Assembly: GCA_963676915.2 (NCBI GenBank) | Contig: CAXXVK010000064.1 | Coordinates: 1 to 64,000, forward strand | Direction: 5' to 3' | DNA from: Myxococcota bacterium | GTDB taxonomy: Bacteria > Myxococcota_A > SURF-8 > G963663525 | Length of the DNA stretch: 64,000 nt | In this document: positions 9,771 to 19,252 of the stretch, in pieces | Layout of the letters: every line of letters starts with the position of its first letter | How positions within the stretch are numbered: the stretch's first letter is position 1 | Made by a program: the position numbers and the translations under genes | The notes under the pieces: model-generated | What the model was told of the DNA's origin: nothing | Databases searched by the model: none | Seen by the model: the letters and a program-made list of their open reading frames with translations, nothing else

Positions 9771-10613
9771 TTACTCTTCTCCCTCCAAACCACAGTGGGC
9801 TTCACCATAGTGACCAAGGGTGATCAAGGCTTCGTAAAAAGCGTCGTACTCGGTCATAGATTCAAGATCGGTCTGGGTAACGTCCAAGGTTCCTTCACTG
9901 GCAAGAGCGGCAAAAGGACCGAAACCGATGGCGATGTCGTTGATTTCGCCTTCGGTGTCGTCGATGTCACCGAAAATGTGGTCGAAATGGAACGTCGCCT
10001 GAGCTTCGCCCTGTCCCTCTTTATCGACAACGCCGATGTTATCGGGATGAGGACCGCAGCTTACGTAGTTCATTTCTTCCGTCAGTTTGATCGTGAAATT
10101 CACGGTTTCCGTATCTTTTACGGCTGTTCCGATCAAGACAATGGAATATCCTTTGGCGTCATCGACAACGCCGTTGGTATCATCGCCAGCCTTGACGATA
10201 TTGAAATTCAAGTAGTTGTAATTGCCGATGGCTGCGCCTTGAACCGTACCGATGGGTAGAGCATTGGTGCCTTGGGTCAGATCCTGCATGTAGCTACCAA
10301 TCAAGGCTTCGTTTGCAGCACCGTCGGGGATATCGACGTGGGAATGTCCCGCGTGAAGCAGTTTTTTCGACGTATCCGTTTCTTCGTCGGCGACCTGAAA
10401 CGCCGTCGGACCATCGATGGTGAGATAGACGTGCTCGAACGACATGGTCCAACCGTCTTCGGTGACAAAGCCATCTCGAATGAAGTCTTCACCATTCATC
10501 GTGAACACCAGTGTACCGGTATCCGTAGTCTCTTCTTCGTCGTCATCACCTCCGCAGCCAGAGAAAGCCAACAGGCCGATCATCAGAATCAGGATCCACT
10601 TGCATGATTTCAT
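9771..10613 (-). CDS. His-containing lipoprotein (DUF4382-like), probable metal-uptake partner of the TonB-dependent receptor
   Basis: Lipobox FSGC; NGEDFIRDGFVTEDGW; HAGHSH, FHFDHIFGD and GHYGEAHC His clusters; directly downstream of the receptor. Confidence 0.7.
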   Translation of the reverse strand: MKSCKWILILMIGLLAFSGCGGDDDEEETTDTGTLVFTMNGEDFIRDGFVTEDGWTMSFEHVYLTIDGPTAFQVADEETDTSKKLLHAGHSHVDIPDGAANEALIGSYMQDLTQGTNALPIGTVQGAAIGNYNYLNFNIVKAGDDTNGVVDDAKGYSIVLIGTAVKDTETVNFTIKLTEEMNYVSCGPHPDNIGVVDKEGQGEAQATFHFDHIFGDIDDTEGEINDIAIGFGPFAALASEGTLDVTQTDLESMTEYDAFYEALITLGHYGEAHCGLEGEE

Positions 10614-10673
10614 TGTTTTCCTCCTTCAGGGTTCACCCAAAACGCTATCGAGACAAGTTATAGAAACGCTTAT

Positions 10674-12845
10674 TTAAAACCGGGCTTCGAATCGTAGTCG
10701 AGCCGTTGTAGGCATTCCCGGTGTAACATGCAGACCTTCCAGTGTTTCTCCATTCTGTACAGGACGAGAAGGGTACGCATAAACGGAGTCGTACCAGACG
10801 GTATCGAAGAGATTTTCAATACTTAGGGTGATTTCGAATGGTTCGAACTCGTACCCCATTTGCAAATCTACAAGGTAATAGGCATCGGAATGGAAGCCCA
10901 TATCGTGGGTACGTGGTCCTAAAAATCGTCCCCGAACGGTGGCCTTGAAGCCTTCGGGATGATGGATCGCAACGGTGTTGGTCATCAACCATTCGGCCAT
11001 GTTGGTAATACGCTTGCCGGTATCGACGAAATAAGCTCTCGTGTAATAGAGATCCGTTCCGAGGTACAGCCATTCGAGAGGAGAGATACGGCCCTCGAAT
11101 TCTCCTCCCATCCGGCGGCTGCGTCCTTTTGGGATCGTCATGCCGAATTCACTATCGAAGATCGTTTCGGCTTCTTTTTCAGCCCACCAGGCCGTGGTTG
11201 CGAGATTCAGTCGGCCTTGCCAGAGTTTCAATCGTGTGCCAATTTCTGCCGCCGTAACGACGGGCATCGTCGTGTCTTCTTCCCAGGCAAGTTGACGAGC
11301 GTAGCTGGAGACGAATCCACGACCGAAATTGAGGAAAATATGCCAAGGGGTGAGGGGTTGAAATACAACACTTGCTTTGGGAGAAATCGCCCAGGCGTGG
11401 GTATCCAAGTTAGCCGGGTCATCGTCGTAAAATGGAGTTGTGTTGGTGACAATGTCGAACTCGCCGTAACGATCCTGTGTTCCATCTCCCTTGTAGATAA
11501 TCGCATCGTAACGAACTCCAAGAATCACCCTGACCCAACTCGCCAGTTTCATACGTTCGTCCAAATAAACGCCAACCGCCGTTTCGTTGAACTCATAGTG
11601 ATTCATTACGTTGAACCGTTCGCGGTCTTCGGTGTTGGCCTGGGTTTGGTTCACCCAATCGGATCTCAGGTTGACTCCCGCCTGTGTGCTGAAATCCATT
11701 TCTCCCAAATCGGCGACCCAGCGGACATAAGAATTCAGTCCGGCATAGTGGCGTTTGTCGCTTTGTTCGAGTTGGTCACCGCGTTCAGGATGAAAATAGA
11801 AGAAAGTGTAGTTGCTGAAAATCCGAGTATCTTTGAAATTGTAATATCCCTGGACACGACCATTGACGTTTTTGTGTTTCCAGTCGAGGGTCAATCCAAG
11901 CAGATGCCGGTCTACGTCTACACGGTTTGAATCGTCCAAGGAGTCGAAACGACTGACTGTTTTCTGGTCGATCCATTGTTTCGGCAGAATATCCGCCGCT
12001 TCCGAACGCGCAGCATATCCGGCATACAATAGCCTCAACTCACCGAAATCCCCAAGACGGAACCTGTGATGCAGCATTCCGCGTCCGGCTTGGAATTGAC
12101 CGGGATTCGTATAGCCGTCGGTGCGGTCGAACTCGGCGACCATGTATGTATCCATCGAATGCCAGTTTTGGTATATCTGGCCGATGCCTTCCGCGAAATA
12201 GTTCGATCCTCCTCCCACCGCAACGCTGTAGTTGTCGCCTCGTTCGATGTAGGGTTTGAAATCAATGACGCCCGCCGTCGCGAAATTGCCGAACCTGGCG
12301 TCATAAGGTCCGGTAATAACCCAGATTTTCTGTATTCCTTCCGGGATGATGAAATGCAGATCAAGATACCCGATGCCGTGAACGTGGCTGGTTTCATTGA
12401 GCGGAATTCCATCGAGATAAGCCGCCACGTCCTGGCCGTGTTCGGCATCGAATCCGCGCAGGAAAATTTGGTGGGCCTTCGCCCCGCCGGTATGCTGGGT
12501 TATATGGAGTCCGGGCACGAAACGTAGGAGGTCTGATGCACTCCGACGGGGGAAGGTCATGAAATCTTTGTTACGAATGGTCTGATCCGAAGCGGCGCTC
12601 AATGGACGCTCGCCGATGACCTGGATGGTTTCCGAATCTTCCTGAGAAGTTTCTTCTTCGCTTTCCATCGACATGTCGAGAACGATGTCATCTTTTTCTA
12701 CGGGAGGTGCGTCGATAGGAAGTTGCTCTTCTTCAGAAAACGTTGAAGGAGAATTCGAATCGCTATCTTCCGCTGATGTTGCAAATTCAGGCGATAGCAA
12801 CAGCAACGCAACAAGGAAAAAAGACAAACGCATCGATAGCGGCAT
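10674..12845 (-). CDS. TonB-dependent outer-membrane receptor
   Basis: Signal peptide, TonB-box-like ETIQVIG, plug (DLLRFVPGL...QHTGGAKAHQIFLRGFDAEHG), ENLFD and a C-terminal Phe. Start moved to the ATG at 12845. Confidence 0.92.
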   Translation of the reverse strand: MPLSMRLSFFLVALLLLSPEFATSAEDSDSNSPSTFSEEEQLPIDAPPVEKDDIVLDMSMESEEETSQEDSETIQVIGERPLSAASDQTIRNKDFMTFPRRSASDLLRFVPGLHITQHTGGAKAHQIFLRGFDAEHGQDVAAYLDGIPLNETSHVHGIGYLDLHFIIPEGIQKIWVITGPYDARFGNFATAGVIDFKPYIERGDNYSVAVGGGSNYFAEGIGQIYQNWHSMDTYMVAEFDRTDGYTNPGQFQAGRGMLHHRFRLGDFGELRLLYAGYAARSEAADILPKQWIDQKTVSRFDSLDDSNRVDVDRHLLGLTLDWKHKNVNGRVQGYYNFKDTRIFSNYTFFYFHPERGDQLEQSDKRHYAGLNSYVRWVADLGEMDFSTQAGVNLRSDWVNQTQANTEDRERFNVMNHYEFNETAVGVYLDERMKLASWVRVILGVRYDAIIYKGDGTQDRYGEFDIVTNTTPFYDDDPANLDTHAWAISPKASVVFQPLTPWHIFLNFGRGFVSSYARQLAWEEDTTMPVVTAAEIGTRLKLWQGRLNLATTAWWAEKEAETIFDSEFGMTIPKGRSRRMGGEFEGRISPLEWLYLGTDLYYTRAYFVDTGKRITNMAEWLMTNTVAIHHPEGFKATVRGRFLGPRTHDMGFHSDAYYLVDLQMGYEFEPFEITLSIENLFDTVWYDSVYAYPSRPVQNGETLEGLHVTPGMPTTARLRFEARF

Positions 12846-12862
12846 GATGTGTCCAATCACAG

Positions 12863-12896
12863 GTAACACGTTGTAGAAAAACGTAACACGTAGCAC
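12863..12896 (-). promoter_or_regulatory. Candidate NikR operator: GTGCTAC.GTGTTAC-N13-GTGTTAC (minus strand)
   Basis: On the + strand, GTAACAC at 12863-12869 and 12883-12889 (13-bp spacer) and GTAGCAC at 12890-12896, lying between the -10 box and the receptor start. Confidence 0.55.
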
Positions 12897-12925
12897 TTTT
12901 TAACATTGCGTATGTGTTGACGCAA
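12897..12925 (-). promoter_or_regulatory. Putative sigma70 promoter of the receptor operon
   Basis: Minus strand TTGCGT-N17-TAAAAA with an upstream TG. Confidence 0.4.
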
Positions 12926-13027
12926 GAAGAATGTTAGAATATTTTCTGTTTTAAAGAGCGTCGGACGGTGGTGAGTGCAATCGGTGAAGCTGCAATTGTA
13001 TGTAAAAAGACGTTAGGAAGGTATGAC

Positions 13028-13582
13028 GTGGTGAAGAAACCTATTGAAGAATGTCGGCGAATTCTCGTTCTCGGAAGCGGTGGAGCTGGGAAGTCTACCT
13101 TTGCTCGAAAGTTATCGAAAATATTGGATCTTCCTGTCGTTCATCTGGATAAACACTTCTGGAAAAGTGGTTGGAATCCTATGGAGACGAAGCTATGGAT
13201 GCAGGAAGTTGAACGGTTGATCGAAGCCGAAGAATGGGTTATGGACGGTAACTACGATGGTTCTTTGGAACTTCGCCTCTCACGAACCGAAGCTGTGTTT
13301 TACCTCGACTTTTCGACGCCTCTGTGTCTGTTTCGAGCCTGTAAACGTGTTTTCCAATACATCGGTAAAAGCCGTCCGGACATGGCTCCCGGATGCCAAG
13401 AAAGATTTTCCCTCGAATTCTTAAATTGGATCGCGACATTCAGGAAAAAGATTCGCCCCGGAATGTTGAAGCTGTTGTCTGCAAAAAAAGGAAACTTTCA
13501 GCTAATAACGTTTGACAACCCTCGCCAATTGGACCGTTATCTGGAGTATCTCGACGAAGCTCCGAAAGAAATGTCCGCATAG
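13028..13582 (+). CDS. Adenylate-kinase-like P-loop protein (DNA topology modulation protein/FlaR family)
   Basis: RILVLGSGGAGKST, VVHLDKHFW, WVMDGNY and RPDMAPGCQERF. Confidence 0.85.
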   Translation: MVKKPIEECRRILVLGSGGAGKSTFARKLSKILDLPVVHLDKHFWKSGWNPMETKLWMQEVERLIEAEEWVMDGNYDGSLELRLSRTEAVFYLDFSTPLCLFRACKRVFQYIGKSRPDMAPGCQERFSLEFLNWIATFRKKIRPGMLKLLSAKKGNFQLITFDNPRQLDRYLEYLDEAPKEMSA

Positions 13583-13717
13583 TTGATGTTTCGTTGATTC
13601 ATGAAGATTTCCACGCATTTAGGAGAGAAGATACGAGAGAAATCTTGCGAATTTAAAGTATTATAAGTATAATAGATTCAATGTTTTACTGAATTTCCAT
13701 GTAATGAACGATTGTAA

Positions 13718-13829
13718 TTTCATCGTCTTTTACGATGAAACATACGAAGCTCAATAGTTCTAACATATTGGAAATTAAGTATTATTTAGGATTTATGTTA
13801 AAGGTAAACCATCGTCAACGCGATGGTTT
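13718..13829. promoter_or_regulatory. Two related inverted repeats in the AT-rich spacer upstream of surE
   Basis: TTTCATCGT-N5-ACGATGAAA (13718-13740) and AAACCATCG-N6-CGATGGTTT (13806-13829). Confidence 0.35.
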
Positions 13830-13939
13830 GTTTTCAAAAATTGATCTTTCCTGAAGGAAAGAAAATGCTATAGGGTTCGTTCGCGTTTCGAATGGTTCGG
13901 GACGTGTATCTACGAACTTAAACGAATCGGAGTTGTTTT

Positions 13940-14707
13940 TTGCGAATTCTTCTTAGTAATGATGACGGAATCGATGCTCCGGGGCTTTTAGCCCTGGAAA
14001 AAGCCTGCGCCGCACTGGGAGAGGTTTATGTCGTTGCGCCCCAAAGGGAAATGTCGGGGTGTTCACGATCCATTACATTACGGTCTCCTTTGCGGATTCG
14101 CGACAAAGGCGAGAACCGCTGGAGCGTCAACGGTACTCCCACCGATTGCGTGTATATGGCCTGTAGCCATTTGTTGACCGAAAAGCCGGATTTGCTGATC
14201 TCCGGCGTCAACCCCGGTCCGAACATGGGGGAGGACGTTCAGTATTCCGGTACGGTTGCGGCAGCGTTGGAAGGCACGATGTTCAAGGTTCCTTCGCTGG
14301 CGGTTTCGATCAATAGCTATACCGAGTTCGATTTCGACGCCTCCGCCGCTTATGCCGTCGAAATAGGACGAAAAATGCTCGAATGGCAGTGGAATGGTGA
14401 AGTTGCCTTGAATCTCAATCTTCCCGGACGTTTTGATCCGAACCGTTTGTCCTGGAAGACCACATGTCTTGGACGGCGGGATTATGGGCAGGCGGTTGTC
14501 GAAAAACTCGACCCGCGAGGCGTTCCCTATTACTGGATCGGTGGCAATCCCTTGGGAAAAGTGTCCGTAGAGGGAAGTGATATCGATGCTTTGGAAGAAG
14601 GTTTTGCCTCGCTGACTCCGTTGAAAGCCAACTATTTTCATGAGGCTTCGATGAGTATTCTCGAAGATTTGCAAAATTCTACAGTATCCAAAGGAAAACA
14701 CGAATGA
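13940..14707 (+). CDS. surE: 5'/3'-nucleotidase SurE
   Basis: ILLSNDDGI, GTPTDCV and SGVNPGPN...YSGTVAAA; TTG start. Confidence 0.95.
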   Translation: MRILLSNDDGIDAPGLLALEKACAALGEVYVVAPQREMSGCSRSITLRSPLRIRDKGENRWSVNGTPTDCVYMACSHLLTEKPDLLISGVNPGPNMGEDVQYSGTVAAALEGTMFKVPSLAVSINSYTEFDFDASAAYAVEIGRKMLEWQWNGEVALNLNLPGRFDPNRLSWKTTCLGRRDYGQAVVEKLDPRGVPYYWIGGNPLGKVSVEGSDIDALEEGFASLTPLKANYFHEASMSILEDLQNSTVSKGKHE

Positions 14708-15354
14708 CCAATCCAATCAAATCCGTTCTCGGATGGGGACGTTCTCTATACAATTGGGTTCTCAACTGGGCCAATACCCGTTACGGGACGCCTGCATTGG
14801 GAGTGTTGAGCTTCGCCGAGTCGTCGTTTTTCCCGATTCCTCCCGACGTGCTGTTGATCGCACTCGGTGCGGAACGTCCGAAGCGCTCCTACTATTACGC
14901 ACTGATTTGCTCCATTGCTTCGGTTCTCGGTGGAATGTTGGGGTACATGATCGGTTCGTTCCTGTGGTATACGGCCACCGAAGACGGGAGCATGACGTAT
15001 TCCGGTCTAGCCCAGGCGTTTTTCCACTACATTCCCGGTGTTACGTCGGATAAGTTCGAGCATGTAAAAGAATTGTTCGATGAATGGAATTTTTGGGTGG
15101 TCTTCACCGCAGGATTTACGCCGATTCCATACAAGCTGATCACCATCAGCGCCGGTGTTGCGGATATCAATTTCCTGGTTTTCGTCGTGGCCTCCGCCGT
15201 GGGACGATCGGCACGTTTCTTCCTGGTCGGTACCTTGTTTTATTTCTACGGCGCTCCGATCAAACTGTGGATCGACCGATATTTCGAGATTCTCAGTGTC
15301 GCGTTCCTCGTGCTTTTGTTTGGCGGCTTTATGCTGATTAAATACGTATTGTAA
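14704..15354 (+). CDS. YqaA/DedA-family membrane protein
   Basis: SFAESSFFPIPPDVLL and FTPIPYKLITI; ATGA overlap with surE. Confidence 0.9.
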   Translation: MTNPIKSVLGWGRSLYNWVLNWANTRYGTPALGVLSFAESSFFPIPPDVLLIALGAERPKRSYYYALICSIASVLGGMLGYMIGSFLWYTATEDGSMTYSGLAQAFFHYIPGVTSDKFEHVKELFDEWNFWVVFTAGFTPIPYKLITISAGVADINFLVFVVASAVGRSARFFLVGTLFYFYGAPIKLWIDRYFEILSVAFLVLLFGGFMLIKYVL

Positions 15355-15363
15355 CGAAAGAAG

Positions 15364-16170
15364 ATGCTTTGTAGCGTTTTTTCAGACGGCAACCGAGATT
15401 CGGTATGTGCCTGCTCCGAACTTCCGATTCACTGGGAGAAAAGGGAGGCTTTGTCGTTTGGAATCCGCTGCTTGCTGATACTTGCGTTGCTCCTTTTACT
15501 GGGCGGTTGTGCGGGAAAGCTTGGCAGCTACCATACTGTGAAAAAAGGGGAGACGCTGTACTCGATTTCCCGTGATTACGATGTACCGGTGCAGAAAATC
15601 GCCCAAGTCAATGCGTTGCGCAACCCGGATGTCATCTACCCTGGAGAACGGCTGTATATCCCCGGTGTGCGAAAGGCTGGGGCTACTGCCTCGACAGCAT
15701 CGGTTGCTTCTGTAAAACCTGCTTCGTCATCCTCCGGTTCCAAAGGGCACATGGCCATTTCGGGAGCGCTTCCGCCCCCGACGAAATCTCGTCCTTTTGC
15801 ATGGCCGGCGCGTGGGCTTGTGGTCTCGCGTTTCGGTGTTCGCCACGGAAGAATGCACAACGGTATCGATATCGCCGCTGACGAAGGAAAGCCCGTTTAT
15901 GCGGCTCGATCCGGCAAGGTGATTTTCGTTAGTGACTACCAAAAGGGGTATGGTCGCCTGATCCTCATTCAACATGATGAAACATACATTACGGTCTACG
16001 CTCACAACTCGAAAAATCTCGTTCGACTGGGAGATAAGGTCAAGCAGGGACAGACCATTGCCCTGATCGGACGGACCGGCAACGCTACAGGTCCGCATCT
16101 TCATTTCGAAATTCGTCAGAACAGAAAACCCATAGATCCGTTGAAACTCCTATCGAAACCGGGTCGTTAG
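15364..16170 (+). CDS. nlpD: LysM + M23 peptidase lipoprotein (NlpD-like); true start probably downstream
   Basis: Lipobox LGGC, LysM (HTVKKGETLYSIS), M23 motifs HNGID and HLHFE; position after surE-yqaA. Confidence 0.82.
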   Translation: MLCSVFSDGNRDSVCACSELPIHWEKREALSFGIRCLLILALLLLLGGCAGKLGSYHTVKKGETLYSISRDYDVPVQKIAQVNALRNPDVIYPGERLYIPGVRKAGATASTASVASVKPASSSSGSKGHMAISGALPPPTKSRPFAWPARGLVVSRFGVRHGRMHNGIDIAADEGKPVYAARSGKVIFVSDYQKGYGRLILIQHDETYITVYAHNSKNLVRLGDKVKQGQTIALIGRTGNATGPHLHFEIRQNRKPIDPLKLLSKPGR

Positions 16171-16353
16171 GGATTTTTACAAAAACAACAGTAGTTTTTC
16201 ATTCGAAAAGAATGGTAAAATTCGATTTCTTTCGCGCTGAACCATAACCGATTATTGCAAAAGCGTGGAAAATGTGTACTGTGGTTTTGACCTGCCGCGT
16301 CATAAAGGAAATCAGGCGGCGGAATCATCAACTCTGAGGTTGGAGGAAACGGT

Positions 16354-17571
16354 TTGGACCCGTTCAAACTGCCCGCCAAAGGCATCTATCCGCTTCGTTT
16401 TTTTCAGATCGCCAACGACCGCTTTGTCGATTGGGCGATGGAACGGGTTCGTTTGCAATTCCATCCCGAACCCTGCGTTCGAGTGGCGCTGTATCCGAGC
16501 GGTGAGAACAGTCCGTATCTCACTGTATTGAAACATGAATTGGAACTGGCGGGGGCGGAAGTCACCTGGCTGGACAAACTGGACATACCGACGCTGACAC
16601 GTTTACGTTTGCACTGTGAAGTGCTTCATATTCATCAAATCAAAGAATACGAAAGTCCTTTTACCGGGGAAGGTTCCAGGGAGCAGGTCGTCAATGCCTC
16701 CCGAGAAATCGCCACCATCTGGGCGGCGAAACGTCTAGGATATCGGATTTTTTGGACGATGGTCAACGAGCCGGACCGGGAACTGCTGGGTGAATGGATC
16801 GCACATCATGGACGGCTGGCGCTTTTTCATATGGCCGACAAGATTTTTTGCCAGACCCACGACAGCACCCGGTGGTTACGAAACGCATTTTCGGAAGTAG
16901 AAGCGGAAAAAGTCGAGTTTTTCCCAACACATGCGTTTCATTCTTTCTATCCTGCAACTTTGACTCGTGCCCAGGCGCTGAAGAAGTTGGGTATCGAACC
17001 TCGTGGAAAGGTGTTTCTCGTCTACGGAAACGTTCAACCCTATCGCGGTTTGACGGACATCATCAGCCTGTTTGGGCGTGGACGCTTGAGTCGGCATACG
17101 TTGATTGTCGGTGGGCAGCCGGTGCATAAACATTACGCCAAAACCATAGAAGGAATCTGCGAGCGCTTCCCCAACGTTTGTGCTCGTATCAAACCTATCG
17201 ATCGCAATGAAGTTCAACAGTATTTCCAGGCGGCTGATTTCTGTGCCTATCCTTATCGACAGATGAGTCATTCGGGTTGGATGATGCTGGCGCTTACGTT
17301 CGGTCGTCCGGTGATCGTACCCGATTCGCCGCTAACTCGGGAAGCTCTCGATGACGGGGCGTGTATCCGCTACGATATCCACGAAGAAAAAGGATTGGCG
17401 AGAGCCTTGTTGAGCGTGCTGGATAAAGACGACAGTGCAATGAAACGTGCGGCGTTGATCAATGGGGAGCGTTTCCGGGCACGAAAAATCGTGCGGCAGC
17501 TCGTCAATCGCTACATTTCATTTTTCCCCGGTCGGGAACCGGTGTTGATCGATGAGGACGAGGAAATTTGA
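16354..17571 (+). CDS. GT-B glycosyltransferase (GT4-like, GumI-like C-terminus)
   Basis: FLVYGNVQPYRGL and YFQAADFCAYPYRQMSHSGWMMLALTFGRPVI. Confidence 0.75.
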   Translation: MDPFKLPAKGIYPLRFFQIANDRFVDWAMERVRLQFHPEPCVRVALYPSGENSPYLTVLKHELELAGAEVTWLDKLDIPTLTRLRLHCEVLHIHQIKEYESPFTGEGSREQVVNASREIATIWAAKRLGYRIFWTMVNEPDRELLGEWIAHHGRLALFHMADKIFCQTHDSTRWLRNAFSEVEAEKVEFFPTHAFHSFYPATLTRAQALKKLGIEPRGKVFLVYGNVQPYRGLTDIISLFGRGRLSRHTLIVGGQPVHKHYAKTIEGICERFPNVCARIKPIDRNEVQQYFQAADFCAYPYRQMSHSGWMMLALTFGRPVIVPDSPLTREALDDGACIRYDIHEEKGLARALLSVLDKDDSAMKRAALINGERFRARKIVRQLVNRYISFFPGREPVLIDEDEEI

Positions 17572-18635
17572 TGTCGGACGAAACGAAACGTATTCTATTA
17601 CTGGCCAAAGGCAGTCGGATTAACCCGGCGACCCGTTACCGGTTTCTCCAATATGAGCCGTTCTGGAAGTCCCATGGCTTAGAGGTCGATTGCAAGCCTC
17701 TGTTCGACGATGATTTTTATCAATTGAAAAGAAGCCTTAGCGGTCCGTCTTCGTACCTGAAGTTGATCAACAAAACGACACATTATCTTTCCCGGCGCAC
17801 CAAAGATGTAGAAACCGCCTCCGATTACGACCTTGTATTGTTGGAAAATCAGGTGTTTCCTTACGAGCAGGGGATGTTGGATAAGCGTCTGTTGGAACTG
17901 AATCCGAAAACCATATTGGAATTCGATGACGCCATTTACCTGACGTTTTTACACGACAGAAAACTTCGCTCCTTGCTGAAAGAGGTGCGTAGAGTTATTG
18001 TTGGAAATCGCTATCTAGCTGAATTCGCACGGCATTTTTCTGAAAAAGTTTCCATCGTTCCAACCGTGATCGATACGGATAAATACCCGGCTCATCCGAA
18101 ACCCAGAGAAAAACGCACCGTCATCGGTTGGATCGGCCTGCCGGTCAATCTGCCGAATCTCGATATTGTCGGACAGGCGCTATCGAAGGTGGCCGAGGAG
18201 TTTCCTATTGAGTTGCGGGTCGTGTCTTCGACTCCTCACGTTCTTCCCCACGTACCATGCAGTTTCGTTCCCTGGTCTTTGGAAGGCGAGATCCGGGCCT
18301 TGCACGATTTCGATATCGGGATCATGCCGTTACCGGACAATGAATGGTCGCGAGGAAAATGCGGTGCCAAATTGTTGCAGTATATGGCGGCGGGTCGTCC
18401 TACCGTGGGAACGCCGGTAGGGGTCAATGCCGATATCATCCGTGACGGCGAAACCGGATTCTGGGCGACGACTCCCAACGACTGGTACCGTGCCTTGCGT
18501 AAACTCGTGGCCGATTCCGAACAGGCTGCTGCCATGGGACGCGCCGGGCGAAAAAAGGTGGAGCGGGATTACTCGCTGAAAGTCTGGGGTCCGCGTCTCA
18601 TGAAAATCTATCAAGAGGTTATCGACGAGGATTGA
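17568..18635 (+). CDS. GT4 family glycosyltransferase
   Basis: EFDDAIY, IGWIG and FDIGIMPL...GKCGAKLLQYMAAGRPTV. Confidence 0.9.
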   Translation: MMSDETKRILLLAKGSRINPATRYRFLQYEPFWKSHGLEVDCKPLFDDDFYQLKRSLSGPSSYLKLINKTTHYLSRRTKDVETASDYDLVLLENQVFPYEQGMLDKRLLELNPKTILEFDDAIYLTFLHDRKLRSLLKEVRRVIVGNRYLAEFARHFSEKVSIVPTVIDTDKYPAHPKPREKRTVIGWIGLPVNLPNLDIVGQALSKVAEEFPIELRVVSSTPHVLPHVPCSFVPWSLEGEIRALHDFDIGIMPLPDNEWSRGKCGAKLLQYMAAGRPTVGTPVGVNADIIRDGETGFWATTPNDWYRALRKLVADSEQAAAMGRAGRKKVERDYSLKVWGPRLMKIYQEVIDED

Positions 18636-18803
18636 AATCTCGCTAAAGATCGTCGTAGTTTGCCTCTGAATTCATTTCCAAAAGATTCGTTCCTAAAAAA
18701 TTCGCAATTTTCGTTTCGATTATTGCGGATTCGTTCGCGATTCGTTATATTTCCGCCACTCGTTCAGTATCGCCAAACTCTGAAACAGGCAGGGAGTTGC
18801 GTT

Positions 18804-19103
18804 ATGGCTGAAACCATTGAAGAATTGACCGTCAACTGGACCAACGACGACGGTGTATTGACCACCAAAGAATTGGACAAGCACGTTCTCACCAAGGGCG
18901 CTTGGACCACCATCATGTTCCGTTATTGTGACATGGATCGCAAAACGGGTGACTACGGTCCTCCCAAGGCGGTGATTCGAAGATACCAGAAGCGTGGCGG
19001 TATTTATCGGATGCAGAGCAAATTCGTGTTTTCCAGCGCCAATCAGGCCCGGAAAGTCATGGAAGTCCTCGGAGACTGGTTTCCTCCCGAAACAGAGGAA
19101 TAA
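18804..19103 (+). CDS. Small hypothetical protein (99 aa)
   Basis: ATG at 18804 with GGGAG RBS; KELDKHVLTKGAWTTIMFRY...IRRYQK, compact and beta-rich. Confidence 0.75.
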   Translation: MAETIEELTVNWTNDDGVLTTKELDKHVLTKGAWTTIMFRYCDMDRKTGDYGPPKAVIRRYQKRGGIYRMQSKFVFSSANQARKVMEVLGDWFPPETEE

Positions 19104-19252
19104 TTTCCAGTTTTTCAAAATAAGGCGTTTTCTTCCCGTTTTTACCGTTCGTCGCAACGCCTGCCTTGAAATCCCTGAGACGGGGAGAGTTCTTCCGTTT
19201 GTAACGTACCGATAAAACGGGTTCGTCTCCTCGTTTCCATGCCCTTTTTGGG

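Noticed and set aside
13800-13850. AAAGGTAAACCATCG... resembles the start of a c-di-GMP-I riboswitch
   Set aside because: It lacks the GNRA tetraloop, the GACGCAAA junction and the second stem.
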